From NCBI RefSeq assembly GCF_035271045.1, contig NZ_DATESC010000008.1, positions 36,044 to 100,043 of the forward strand: DNA of 64,000 bases, written 5' to 3'. This DNA comes from Marinospirillum sp. Lineage in GTDB: Bacteria; Pseudomonadota; Gammaproteobacteria; Pseudomonadales; Halomonadaceae. The notes beneath the pieces are model-generated. The model searched no databases, was not told where the DNA came from, and worked only from the letters and a program-made list of their open reading frames with translations. The position numbers and the translations under genes are program-made. Positions 44,052 through 54,067 of this stretch are shown here, piece by piece (position 1 is the stretch's first letter; each line of letters opens with the position of its first letter).

Positions 44052-44942
44052 GTGGACATTCAATCCTTACAAGCGTTTGTTGCGGTTGCCGAGCAGGAAT
44101 CTTTTTCACGCGCTGGCGATGCATTGCACCTAACCCAGCCAGCAGTTAGCAAACGTATTGCCAGCCTTGAAGAACAACTTAACCAAAAGCTGTTTGATCG
44201 CATTGGTCGCAACATTAAACTGACCCAAGCCGGTAACGCACTTTTGCCTAGAGCAAGGCATTTGTTAGCCGATTTAAAAGATACGCGCCGGATGCTGGCT
44301 AATTTAAGTGGTGAAATTCAAGGCTCGCTTATTTTAGCAACCAGCCACCATATTGGCCTACACCGCTTACCGCCTTTATTAAAAGCCTTTACCCAAGCCC
44401 ACCCCCAAGTAAAGCTCGATATGCGCTTTCAAGATTCTGAACAGGCTTATGCAGGTGTATTAACTGGCAATTTAGAATTGGCAATCGTAACGCTAGCACC
44501 CCAACCCGACCCAGCCTTGGTCGTCGTACCTGTTTGGTTAGATCAACTTAGGTTTGTGGTGGCTAAAGACCACCCTTTAAGCCAGCAAGCTAATTTAAAG
44601 TTAGAAGATTTAACCCAGCACGATGCGGTATTACCGGGGCAGCAGACTTTTACCCGTGGCATAGTAAGCAAAGTATTCAAAGAACAAGGATTGGAATTAA
44701 ATGTAACGCTATCGACCAATTATATGGAAACCATAAAAATGATGGTCTCGATAGGTTTGGGTTGGAGTTTGCTGCCTGAAACGTTGATTGATGAAAGCTT
44801 AGCAGTGCTAAAACTGGATCATCAACCCATTACCCGTCCACTGGGTTTTTTGTACCACCGCGAGCGCACCCTATCGAATGCCGCACATCAAATGATTCAG
44901 CTTTTATTAGGACTTAAAAACCTCAAAACTAACAAGGTTTAA
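44052..44942 (+). CDS. LysR-family regulator divergent from leuC
   Basis: GTG start; SFSRAGDALHLTQPAVSKRIASLE HTH; substrate-binding domain. Confidence 0.9.
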   Translation: MDIQSLQAFVAVAEQESFSRAGDALHLTQPAVSKRIASLEEQLNQKLFDRIGRNIKLTQAGNALLPRARHLLADLKDTRRMLANLSGEIQGSLILATSHHIGLHRLPPLLKAFTQAHPQVKLDMRFQDSEQAYAGVLTGNLELAIVTLAPQPDPALVVVPVWLDQLRFVVAKDHPLSQQANLKLEDLTQHDAVLPGQQTFTRGIVSKVFKEQGLELNVTLSTNYMETIKMMVSIGLGWSLLPETLIDESLAVLKLDHQPITRPLGFLYHRERTLSNAAHQMIQLLLGLKNLKTNKV

Positions 44943-46992
44943 GTAACTTTATCAACTCTAACTCTGGTAAGGGTTTGTAATACAAAAAGCCTTGCGCCTG
45001 CTGACAACCCATCGCTAATAACTGCATGGCTTGGGTTTCTTCTTCAACGCCTTCAGCAACCAAATCTAATTTAAGGTTATGCGCCAACTGCACAATGGTT
45101 TGTACAATGCTTAGGCTAATATCATCGGACCCCATATCCACTACAAAAGAACGGTCTATTTTTAGCGTTGAAAGCGGTAGTTTACGTAGATAAGAAAGAC
45201 TGGAGTAGCCAGTACCAAAGTCATCTAAAGCAATACGAAAACCTTTTTCCTGTAACTCACTAAGCGTACTTAATGCACACAATTCATTTTGCATTAAACC
45301 TGTTTCAGTGATTTCTAACTCAAAACAATCTACGCTTAATCCATAATTTTTAATCGTGGCATTCAACCAAACTGGAAACTCTTTTTGTTCTAGCTGCTGT
45401 ACTGCAACATTAATCGCCACTCTAGGCAGCACTAACCCCGCATCACGCCAGCGCACCATAGCGCGGCAAGCTTCCTGAACCACCCAAGCACCTATTTCAA
45501 CAATCAGCCCAGACTCTTCTGCCAAAGGGATAAATACCGCGGGTGATAAAGCCCCTAATTCTGGGTGTTGCCAACGAATTAAGGCTTCAACACCATAAAC
45601 TTGTTGATCAACCAACTGTACTTTAGGTTGAAAATGTAAACTTAAACCTTCACCCGTAATAGCAATACGCAATGCCTGTTCAAGTTTTAATAACTTACGG
45701 GCTTCATCACTCATTTTATGGTCAAAAAAGCGGAAAGTATCGCGCCCTGCGTGTTTAGCTTCATTTAAAGCCGTTTGTGCATTGGTTAATAATGTATCGG
45801 TATCCTCACCATCTTCGGGATAAAAAGCGACGCCAATCGAAGGACTTAAAGTAACTTGCTTATCATCAATGGCAACTGGCTGTTGGAGCTTTTGTTTTAT
45901 TTCATCCGCTAGCTGTGTAATGTCATGGATAGACTCGTAATCTTCAATTAACAAAGCAAACTCATCGGCACCCACTCGCACCAAAGTATCAGCATCACCC
46001 ACTAGATCTAGTAGCTTGTTGCTTTGTTCACTTATTAGCTTATCGCACCAATTATGCCCAAAGGTTTCATTAATAATTTGAATATGACCTAAATCAAGTA
46101 GCAATAAAGCCAACTCTTCGCCTTGGCTTTTAGCTTGGCGTACAGCATGGTTTAAACGTTCTTTTAATTGGTGACGATTACCCAAGCCCGTTAATACATC
46201 GTGATGCACCAAATGCTGTATCTGTGCTTCTTTAGCACGCAACTCGCTTAAATCATGAATAATGGAGATATAGTTTTCTATTACACCGCGCTCATTACGC
46301 ACACAATTAATAGAAAGCCATTGTAAATACACACTGCCGTCTTTACGGCGATTCCAAACTTCACCCTGCCAACGATCAAATTCTGCAATACTTTCCCACA
46401 TGGCATCATAAAAAGCTTTATCGTGGTGATTAGAGCGCAACAAGCTAGGTGTTCTACCTAAAACTTCTTCGGGCTGGTAGCCAGTTATTTCAGTAAATGC
46501 AGCATTAACCTGCTGAATCTTGGCTCTACCATCAGTCACCATGATCCCTTCAATGGTTGATTCAAAAACGCGTACCGCTAAGCGTTGCTGCGACTCAAAA
46601 ATCTTCCTACGGCGCAAATCTCTGGCAATGGCTGTAATCCACAAGATTTCACCCGCAATATTCAGGTGTGGAATAATAGTTAAATAACTAGGAAATTCTT
46701 CACCTTTTAAATCACAAAACGTTAATTCACCTTCCCAAGTTTTTTTATCCGTAATCAATTGCGGAATAATGCCTTCATTAATGGTTTGGTAAACGTCAAG
46801 GGAATGCAGATTACGCACATAGATTCTTTCTAAATCTAAATTAAGCGCAACAGGAATACCTAACATTCGGCGACCCGCCAAATTTAAATACATTAGACGC
46901 TGATCTAACGAAATAGTGGCGATCAATTCATTGGAAGCTTCTAATATAGCCTGCTGGCGGCTTAGGATTTCAAAGGTCAAAGTATCTCTCAT
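44929..46992 (-). CDS. Cytoplasmic PAS-PAS-GGDEF-EAL protein (probable c-di-GMP phosphodiesterase)
   Basis: Two PAS; GGDEF motif reads GADEF; EAL intact (EALIRW, DDFGTGYSS, KIDRSFV, AEGVE, QG); 3' end overlaps the LysR gene by 14 nt. Confidence 0.88.
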   Translation of the reverse strand: MRDTLTFEILSRQQAILEASNELIATISLDQRLMYLNLAGRRMLGIPVALNLDLERIYVRNLHSLDVYQTINEGIIPQLITDKKTWEGELTFCDLKGEEFPSYLTIIPHLNIAGEILWITAIARDLRRRKIFESQQRLAVRVFESTIEGIMVTDGRAKIQQVNAAFTEITGYQPEEVLGRTPSLLRSNHHDKAFYDAMWESIAEFDRWQGEVWNRRKDGSVYLQWLSINCVRNERGVIENYISIIHDLSELRAKEAQIQHLVHHDVLTGLGNRHQLKERLNHAVRQAKSQGEELALLLLDLGHIQIINETFGHNWCDKLISEQSNKLLDLVGDADTLVRVGADEFALLIEDYESIHDITQLADEIKQKLQQPVAIDDKQVTLSPSIGVAFYPEDGEDTDTLLTNAQTALNEAKHAGRDTFRFFDHKMSDEARKLLKLEQALRIAITGEGLSLHFQPKVQLVDQQVYGVEALIRWQHPELGALSPAVFIPLAEESGLIVEIGAWVVQEACRAMVRWRDAGLVLPRVAINVAVQQLEQKEFPVWLNATIKNYGLSVDCFELEITETGLMQNELCALSTLSELQEKGFRIALDDFGTGYSSLSYLRKLPLSTLKIDRSFVVDMGSDDISLSIVQTIVQLAHNLKLDLVAEGVEEETQAMQLLAMGCQQAQGFLYYKPLPELELIKLLKPC

Positions 46993-47123
46993 GATTTAAA
47001 AATAGCATCAATGGCAATATTGCTTGAGTTGGATAGATTATGACTAGAACAACAAAATAACAACACTCAGGCTAGGGTTTTCTGGTTTTTATGAGTAAAT
47101 GACGATTCATTCAGAAAATTTAA

Positions 47124-47141
47124 CTTTACGTTAACGTCAAC
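47124..47141. promoter_or_regulatory. LiuR-type operator overlapping the liuA promoter
   Basis: CTTTACGTTAACGTCAAC; TTTACG-17 nt-TAAAGT promoter geometry. Confidence 0.8.
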
Positions 47142-47209
47142 TTACCCTAAAGTTAATTAACTAAAAACAAAGCAATTTATTTATACCAAAACCAGCAGAG
47201 GGACACACC

Positions 47210-48379
47210 ATGCAATCCATTTTTAAAGATATGAACTTCGGTTTGGACGATGACTTAAATATGCTGCGCGAATCTATTAATGCTTTCGCTGCTGCGGAAA
47301 TTGCACCACGCGCGGCTGAAATTGACAAAAACAATGAATTCCCTATGGATCTTTGGAAAAAATTCGGTGATATGGGCTTACTAGGCATCACCGTTCCTGA
47401 AGAGTTCGGTGGTTCTGGCATGGGTTATTTAGCACATTCTATCGCAGTTGAAGAAATTTCTCGTGCATCAGCTTCGGTTGGCTTGTCTTACGGCGCACAT
47501 TCAAACCTTTGTGTTAACCAAATTAAAATTAACGGCACGCAAGCGCAAAAAGAAAAATACCTACCTAAACTTTGCTCTGGCGAACATATTGGTGCTTTGG
47601 CTATGTCTGAGCCAAATGCCGGTTCAGACGTAGTCAGCATGAAACTACGTGCCGACAAGAAAGGTGACAAGTACATTCTAAACGGTAACAAAATGTGGAT
47701 CACCAATGGTCCGGATGCTCACACCTTTGTTATCTACGCTAAAACCGACACCTCTGCTGGTTCTAAAGGCATTACCGCGTTTATCGTTGAAGGCGATTCG
47801 CCCGGTTTTTCACGTCACCAAAAATTAGACAAACTGGGTATGCGTGGCTCTAACACTTGTGAATTAGTTTTCCAAGATTGCGAAGTGCCTGCAGAAAACG
47901 TACTCGGTGAAGTGGGTAAAGGTGTTCGTGTACTCATGAGCGGCCTAGATTTTGAACGTACTGTTTTAGCTGCTGGTCCTATCGGCATCATGCAGGCGGC
48001 TATGGATATCGTGGTTCCTTATATTCACGAACGTAAGCAGTTTGATCAGTCCATTGGTGAATTCCAGTTAGTGCAAGGCAAAATTGCCGATATGTACACC
48101 ACCATGACGGCTTGCCGCGCTTATTTATATGCTGTTGCGGCAGGTTGTGACCGTGGCGAAGTCAGCCGCAAAGATGCTGCTGGCGTTATTCTTTATTGTG
48201 CTGAAAAAGCGACTCAGGTTGCCTTGGATTCTATTCAACTGCTTGGCGGTAATGGTTACACCAATGAATATGCTACGGGTCGTTTACTGCGAGATGCCAA
48301 ACTCTACGAAATTGGCGCAGGTACCAGTGAAGTACGTCGCATGTTGATTGGGCGTGAGATTTTTAACGAGTCTCGCTAG
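47210..48379 (+). CDS. liuA: Isovaleryl-CoA dehydrogenase
   Basis: [51 protein letters not shown]. Confidence 0.94.
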   Translation: MQSIFKDMNFGLDDDLNMLRESINAFAAAEIAPRAAEIDKNNEFPMDLWKKFGDMGLLGITVPEEFGGSGMGYLAHSIAVEEISRASASVGLSYGAHSNLCVNQIKINGTQAQKEKYLPKLCSGEHIGALAMSEPNAGSDVVSMKLRADKKGDKYILNGNKMWITNGPDAHTFVIYAKTDTSAGSKGITAFIVEGDSPGFSRHQKLDKLGMRGSNTCELVFQDCEVPAENVLGEVGKGVRVLMSGLDFERTVLAAGPIGIMQAAMDIVVPYIHERKQFDQSIGEFQLVQGKIADMYTTMTACRAYLYAVAAGCDRGEVSRKDAAGVILYCAEKATQVALDSIQLLGGNGYTNEYATGRLLRDAKLYEIGAGTSEVRRMLIGREIFNESR

Positions 48380-48427
48380 CCTCAAACGAACTGCTTTTAG
48401 CCACGGATTACACAGATAGGTGGTTTT

Positions 48428-48485
48428 GTAGGTCAGTCTTTAGGCTGACAAGCTTTGTCTTTGTCGCCCTAAAGGGTCGACCTAC
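48428..48485. repeat. GTAG-type REP inverted doublet (REPIN-like) in the liuA-liuB spacer
   Basis: GTAG-GTCAGTCT-TT-AGGCTGAC-A, spacer, then TGTCGCCCTAAAGGGTCGAC-CTAC (a second REP on the opposite strand, GTAGGTCGACCCTTTAGGGCGACA). Confidence 0.7.
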
Positions 48486-48557
48486 TCGCCACCAAACAGC
48501 AGCTACACTCTAATCGAAGCCACCCAGCTGCACTATTACAATAAAAGGATCACTGAA

Positions 48558-50165
48558 ATGACTGTGATTAAAACGCAGGTAAATACCCGAGCGCCGCAGT
48601 TTGCTGAAAACGAAGCCGCTATGCGTGAAGTAATTGCCGATTTGCACAAAAAATTAGGCGAAGTAAAACAAGGTGGTGGCGCTAAAGCACAAGAACGTCA
48701 CCTAAGCCGTGGCAAACTTTTACCGCGTGAACGCATTGAACGCCTACTTGACCAAGGCGCACCTTTTTTAGAGTTTTCACAACTTGCCGCCCTTGATGTG
48801 TACGATGATTTTGTACCCAGCGCCGGTATAATAACCGGCATTGGCCGTGTTTCTGGTGTGGAGTGCATTATTGTAGCCAACGATGCCACCACCAAAGGCG
48901 GTACTTATTATCCGCTAACCGTTAAAAAGCACCTAAGAGCACAAGAAATTGCTCGCAAAAACCGCCTACCCTGTATTTACCTAGTCGATTCCGGCGGTGC
49001 TAACCTACCCAACCAAGATGAAGTTTTCCCCGACCGAGATCACTTCGGGCGTATTTTCTACAACCAAGCGACTATGTCTAGCGAAGGCATTCCACAAATT
49101 GCTTCGGTTATGGGCTCTTGTACTGCCGGTGGTGCTTATGTGCCGGCCATGGCGGATGAATCCATTATCGTTAAAGAACAAGGCACTATTTTTCTAGCCG
49201 GCCCACCACTGGTAAAAGCTGCCACAGGTGAAGTTGTAACGGCTGAAGACCTAGGTGGAGCTGATGTTCACGCACGAATTTCTGGTGTGGTCGATCACTA
49301 CGCCCTAAGCGATGAACACGCCCTACAATTAGTACGCCGTGCCGTTAGCCGCTTGAATTGGAAAAAACTGGGTGAACTCGACATTCAACCTTCACGCCCA
49401 CCGCTTTACGACCCAGAAGAAATCTACGGCATAGTCGGCACAGATCTTCGCAAACCTTACGATGTACGTGAAGTCATTGCCCGTGTGGTTGATGGTTCAG
49501 AGTTTGATGAATTCAAACGTTGGTACGGTGAAACGCTAGTCACTGGCTTTGCACGTATTCACGGCTACCCAGTCGGTATTCTGGCCAATAATGGCGTACT
49601 TTTTTCAGAGTCCGCTCAAAAAGGCGCTCACTTTATCGAGCTTTGCGCTCAGCGTGGCATTCCTCTTGTGTTCCTACAAAACATCACCGGCTTTATGGTG
49701 GGTTCACGTTACGAACATGAAGGTATCGCTAAACACGGTGCCAAAATGGTCACCGCGGTTGCCTGTGCTCAAGTACCCAAATTCACCATTTTAATTGGTG
49801 GTAGTTTTGGTGCGGGTAACTACGGTATGTGTGGTCGTGCTTATGATCCTAACTTTATGTGGATGTGGCCGAATGCCCGTATTTCGGTGATGGGTGGCGA
49901 ACAAGCTGCCAACGTACTAGCGCAAGTTAAACGTGAGCAGCACGAGCGTAACGGCACTGAATGGTCTGAAGCAGAAGAAGAAGCTTTCAAAAAGCCCACC
50001 CGTGAAATGTACGAGCACCAAGGCCACCCCTACTTTGCCAGCGCACGTTTATGGGATGACGGTATTCTTGACCCCATTCAAACCCGTGACACTCTAGGTT
50101 TAGCCATTTCAGCTTCATTAAATGCCGCTAATAAACCAACACGTTTTGGCGTGTTCCGTATGTAA
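48558..50165 (+). CDS. liuB: 3-methylcrotonyl-CoA carboxylase beta (carboxyltransferase) subunit
   Basis: [50 protein letters not shown]. Confidence 0.95.
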   Translation: MTVIKTQVNTRAPQFAENEAAMREVIADLHKKLGEVKQGGGAKAQERHLSRGKLLPRERIERLLDQGAPFLEFSQLAALDVYDDFVPSAGIITGIGRVSGVECIIVANDATTKGGTYYPLTVKKHLRAQEIARKNRLPCIYLVDSGGANLPNQDEVFPDRDHFGRIFYNQATMSSEGIPQIASVMGSCTAGGAYVPAMADESIIVKEQGTIFLAGPPLVKAATGEVVTAEDLGGADVHARISGVVDHYALSDEHALQLVRRAVSRLNWKKLGELDIQPSRPPLYDPEEIYGIVGTDLRKPYDVREVIARVVDGSEFDEFKRWYGETLVTGFARIHGYPVGILANNGVLFSESAQKGAHFIELCAQRGIPLVFLQNITGFMVGSRYEHEGIAKHGAKMVTAVACAQVPKFTILIGGSFGAGNYGMCGRAYDPNFMWMWPNARISVMGGEQAANVLAQVKREQHERNGTEWSEAEEEAFKKPTREMYEHQGHPYFASARLWDDGILDPIQTRDTLGLAISASLNAANKPTRFGVFRM

Positions 50166-50186
50166 GCGCAGCTAAAGGAAAATGAA

Positions 50187-50975
50187 ATGACCACCACTAA
50201 TCAACCCGTTCTACTAACTATTGACCAGCGTGGCGTGGCTTATTTAACACTTAATCGCCCAGCTATCCATAACGCTTTTGATGACCACCTAATAGCAGAA
50301 ATTCTTAATCAGCTAGCAATAGTGCGAGAAGCAAAAGCCCGAGTGTTAGTTTTTGGATCAGAAGGCAAAAGCTTTTCTGCCGGTGCCGACCTAGGTTGGA
50401 TGAAACGCATGGCAGAATACAGCCAAGCTGAAAATAAAAAAGATGCCCAAGAACTCGCCAGACTAATGCACGAACTCGACACCCTGCCCTGCCCCACTAT
50501 TTGCCGTGTGCAAGGGGCTGCCTATGGTGGTGCTGTTGGCTTAGCCGCTTGTTGCGATTTGGTTGTCGCCACACCCAAAGCCCGTTTTTGCTTATCTGAA
50601 GTAAAAATTGGCTTATCGCCCGCCGTTATTAGCCCTTATGTGGTTAGAGCTTTAGGTGTGCGAGCCATGCGCCGCTACGCCTTAACCGCCGAAGTGATAA
50701 ACGTAGAAAAAGCCCAACAACTAGGCTTGGTTGATGAAGTGGTTGCCGAAGAAGCGCTCGATGCTGAAATAGAACAACTGGTAAAAGTTTTGCTCGCCAA
50801 TAGCCCGCAAGCCGTCGCCCACACCAAAGCGCTAGTTCACTTTGTTGCCGACCGCCCAGCCGACTTAACAACACAAGACTACACTACCGATTTAATCGCC
50901 AAAATCCGTGTATCAGCCGAAGGCCAAGAAGGACTGAGTGCATTTTTTGCCAAGCGCTCGCCCAAATGGCAGTAA
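50187..50975 (+). CDS. liuC: Methylglutaconyl-CoA hydratase
   Basis: FSAGADLGWM, GGAVGLAACCD, SEVKIGLSPAVISPYV, EGQEGLSAF; operon position. Confidence 0.9.
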   Translation: MTTTNQPVLLTIDQRGVAYLTLNRPAIHNAFDDHLIAEILNQLAIVREAKARVLVFGSEGKSFSAGADLGWMKRMAEYSQAENKKDAQELARLMHELDTLPCPTICRVQGAAYGGAVGLAACCDLVVATPKARFCLSEVKIGLSPAVISPYVVRALGVRAMRRYALTAEVINVEKAQQLGLVDEVVAEEALDAEIEQLVKVLLANSPQAVAHTKALVHFVADRPADLTTQDYTTDLIAKIRVSAEGQEGLSAFFAKRSPKWQ

Positions 50976-51006
50976 TTAACCCTTTTGACTTAAAGAGGAA
51001 CGCACC

Positions 51007-53037
51007 ATGTTCCGTAAGATCCTAATTGCCAACCGTGGCGAAATTGCTTGCCGCGTAATACGTACCGCCCACCAGATGGGCATTCGCTGTGTTGCTGTTT
51101 ACTCCGATGCCGACCGTGATTCTTTACACGTAAAAATGGCCGATGAAGCCGTTTACTTAGGCGCAGCACCAGCGCGTGACAGCTACCTAATGCTAGATAA
51201 AGTAATTGCAGCAGCTAAACAAACAGGCGCTGAAGCCATTCATCCTGGTTATGGTTTTTTATCTGAAAACAGCCAATTTGTAGAAGCTTGCGATGCCGCT
51301 GGCATTGTCTTTATTGGCCCCCCCATTAAAGCCATTGAAGCGATGGGTTCTAAATCTGCAGCCAAAATCATTATGGAAAAAGCCGGTGTGCCGCTAGTAC
51401 CCGGCTACCACGGCAAAGATCAATCGCCTGAGCTTATTAAAGCTGAAGCCGAAAAAATTGGCTACCCAGTGCTACTAAAAGCCACTGCAGGTGGTGGTGG
51501 TAAGGGAATGCGTATAGTTGAAAAAGCCAGCGACTTTGACGAAGCCCTAGCCGCAGCCAAGCGTGAAGCCATGAATGGTTTTGGCGATGACACCATGCTG
51601 GTTGAAAAATACCTCGTTAAACCGCGCCACGTTGAATTTCAAGTCTTCTGTGATTCACAAGGCAACGGTGTTTATCTGTTTGAACGCGACTGTTCAGTAC
51701 AGCGTCGCCACCAAAAAGTGATTGAAGAAGCGCCAGCACCGGGCATGAGCGAAGAACTGCGTGCCAAAATGGGTGATGCCGCCCTTAAAGCCGCGCAAGC
51801 CATTGGCTATGTAAACGCTGGAACGGTCGAATTTCTATTAGATGCTGATGGCAGCTTCTTCTTTATGGAAATGAACACTCGTTTGCAGGTTGAGCACCCC
51901 ATCACCGAAATGATTACGGGTGAAGACTTGGTGGCTTGGCAGTTAAAAATAGCCGCTGGTTTACCATTACCTAAGCAACAAAAAGATTTACAAATTCATG
52001 GCCATGCGTTTGAAGCCCGTATTTATGCTGAAGACCCAGACCAAGACTTTTTACCAGCAACGGGCACACTTAGCTATGTGCGCACCCCAGCAGAAACCCG
52101 TCATGTGCGTGTCGATACGGGTGTGTTAGAAGGCGATGAGGTTAGCATTTATTACGACCCAATGATTGCCAAGCTAATTGTTTGGGACATTAACCGCGAA
52201 GCTGCATTAAGCCGCATGGCACAAGCGTTAAGTGAATACCGCATTGCTGGCGTAAAAACCAATACCCGTTTTTTAAAACGTTTAGCAGAATCAGCACCCT
52301 TCCAACGCTTTGATGTCGACACAGGTTTTATTGAACGCAACGAAGACCTACTCTTCACCAAAAAAGGCGGCAGCTACAATCCCAATCTATTAGCTTTAAC
52401 CGCGCTTTATGCACTACTAAAGCTAGACCAAGAACGCCAAGCAGAAGCCAAGCATTCGATTGATCCTTATTCACCTTGGCACGGTTTTGGTGGCTGGCGA
52501 ATGAACACCGACCCTAGCTTAAACCTACGCTTTGCAGTTGAAGGACAAGAAGAGCCAGTTGACATTCGTGTTATCGCCAAAAGCAACAGCGCCAAAAATT
52601 TCTGGACAGTTTTTGTAGGTGAACACAAGTTGCTGGTTGAAGGCTGTCTAACCGATGATTGCCTTAACGCCGTGGTCAATGGTCATCACCGCACCATTCA
52701 CGTTGCTGACTTAAATAATGCCCTAACGCTATTTACTAACGAAGAACACTTCACTTGCCAGTGGTTGCGTCCTGATTTAGACAGCCACGAGTTTGAAGAA
52801 GCCACCGCCAGCCTAACAGCACCCATGAACGGTTCTGTAGTAACGCTACTGGTTGAAGCCGGTGCAGAAGTTAAAAAAGGTGATTCGCTGATTGTTATTG
52901 AAGCCATGAAAATGGAACACACCCTAAGCGCACCAGCCGATGGTAAAGTGGCAGAATTCTTCTTTGCCGCCGGTGATTTAGTGTCGCAAGGGGCAGAGCT
53001 GCTTAAATTTGAAGCAGACGAAGCAGCAGAGGCTTAA
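51007..53037 (+). CDS. liuD: 3-methylcrotonyl-CoA carboxylase alpha (biotin carboxylase + BCCP) subunit
   Basis: ANRGEIA, GGGGKGMR, ERDCSVQRRHQK, EMNTRLQVEH, biotinylation EAMKM. Confidence 0.95.
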   Translation: MFRKILIANRGEIACRVIRTAHQMGIRCVAVYSDADRDSLHVKMADEAVYLGAAPARDSYLMLDKVIAAAKQTGAEAIHPGYGFLSENSQFVEACDAAGIVFIGPPIKAIEAMGSKSAAKIIMEKAGVPLVPGYHGKDQSPELIKAEAEKIGYPVLLKATAGGGGKGMRIVEKASDFDEALAAAKREAMNGFGDDTMLVEKYLVKPRHVEFQVFCDSQGNGVYLFERDCSVQRRHQKVIEEAPAPGMSEELRAKMGDAALKAAQAIGYVNAGTVEFLLDADGSFFFMEMNTRLQVEHPITEMITGEDLVAWQLKIAAGLPLPKQQKDLQIHGHAFEARIYAEDPDQDFLPATGTLSYVRTPAETRHVRVDTGVLEGDEVSIYYDPMIAKLIVWDINREAALSRMAQALSEYRIAGVKTNTRFLKRLAESAPFQRFDVDTGFIERNEDLLFTKKGGSYNPNLLALTALYALLKLDQERQAEAKHSIDPYSPWHGFGGWRMNTDPSLNLRFAVEGQEEPVDIRVIAKSNSAKNFWTVFVGEHKLLVEGCLTDDCLNAVVNGHHRTIHVADLNNALTLFTNEEHFTCQWLRPDLDSHEFEEATASLTAPMNGSVVTLLVEAGAEVKKGDSLIVIEAMKMEHTLSAPADGKVAEFFFAAGDLVSQGAELLKFEADEAAEA

Positions 53038-53040
53038 ATT

Positions 53041-53940
53041 ATGGCTTTTCCAGAGTTTGTAAGATTAGTCGAAGTCGGTGCTAGAGATGGTCTTCAAAAC
53101 GAAGCCAATCCCGTTAGCACCGCTATTAAGCTAGAACTAATCGACCGGCTAAGTGATGCCGGCCTTAGCTACATAGAAGCCGCCAGTTTTGTATCACCTA
53201 AATGGGTGCCACAAATGGGCGATGCGCGTGAAGTGATGACCGGCATTCAACGTCGAAAAGGCATTACCTATGCAGCACTAACGCCCAACTTAAAAGGCTT
53301 AGAAAGTGCTTTAGAGTGCGGTGTTCAAGAAGTAGCGGTATTTGGTGCCGCATCAGAAAGTTTCACCCAAAAAAACATTAACTGCAGCATTGCTGAATCA
53401 CTGGAACGCTTTGCACCCGTTATAGAACTGGCGAAAAAATCCAACATTCCAGTGCGTGGTTATGTTTCAACCGTGATGGGCTGCCCTTACGAAGGCGACA
53501 TAGCACCTAGCAAAGTCGCTGAAGTGAGTAAAATCTTGTTTGATATGGGCTGCTACGAAATTTCTCTTGGCGATACCGTAGGTGTAGGCACACCGCTTAA
53601 AGCCAAGCGTATGTTAGAAGCAGTTAACCAGCACATTCCCATGAATAAGCTAGCCGCCCACTTTCACGACACCTACGGCCAAGCCCTAGCCAACCTTTAT
53701 GCTGTATTAGAAGAAGGCATAGCAGTCATTGATAGCTCGGTAGCTGGCTTAGGTGGCTGCCCCTACGCCAAAGGCGCAGCCGGTAATGTCGCCAGTGAAG
53801 ACGTGATTTACCTATTAAATGGCCTAGGTATAAAAAGCGGCATCGACCTAGAAAAACTAGCTGCCACCGGCGACTGGATTAGCCAAACCATCAACCGCCC
53901 CAACCGCTCTAAAGTAGGCATAGCCATGATGGCTGGGTAG
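53041..53940 (+). CDS. liuE: Hydroxymethylglutaryl-CoA lyase
   Basis: [31 protein letters not shown]. Confidence 0.95.
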   Translation: MAFPEFVRLVEVGARDGLQNEANPVSTAIKLELIDRLSDAGLSYIEAASFVSPKWVPQMGDAREVMTGIQRRKGITYAALTPNLKGLESALECGVQEVAVFGAASESFTQKNINCSIAESLERFAPVIELAKKSNIPVRGYVSTVMGCPYEGDIAPSKVAEVSKILFDMGCYEISLGDTVGVGTPLKAKRMLEAVNQHIPMNKLAAHFHDTYGQALANLYAVLEEGIAVIDSSVAGLGGCPYAKGAAGNVASEDVIYLLNGLGIKSGIDLEKLAATGDWISQTINRPNRSKVGIAMMAG

Positions 53941-53969
53941 GTTTTTTTGTAGAAGTGGTTTATAGATAG

Positions 53970-54003
53970 AAAACCCCAAGGTTAAAGTTTTAACGCTTGG
54001 GGG
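53970..54003 (-). terminator. Probable terminator between convergent liuE and the methyltransferase
   Basis: Imperfect stem ACCCCAAG-GTTAAA...TTTAAC-g-CTTGGGG, followed on the minus strand by TTTTCT. Confidence 0.55.
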
Positions 54004-54034
54004 TACGTTTATAAGTGGACGCTCTTTTGAACTA

Positions 54035-54067
54035 GAAAAATTGCCTAGCAGCAGTGCCTTGTTAGCT
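54035..54067 (-). mobile_element. Possible truncated integron attC site (left half only) overlapping the methyltransferase stop codon
   Basis: Minus strand AGC-TAAC-AAGGCACTGCTGCTAGGCAATTTTTC; inverse-core-like ...TAAC on the stop codon followed by AAGGCACTGC; no complementary right arm found. Confidence 0.4.

Noticed and set aside
53991-54067. A complete attC from TAAC (54061-54064) to GCGTTA (53991-53996)
   Set aside because: The right part does not base-pair with the CACTGC L-box region; that GTTA belongs to the terminator-like hairpin. Only a left half is claimed.
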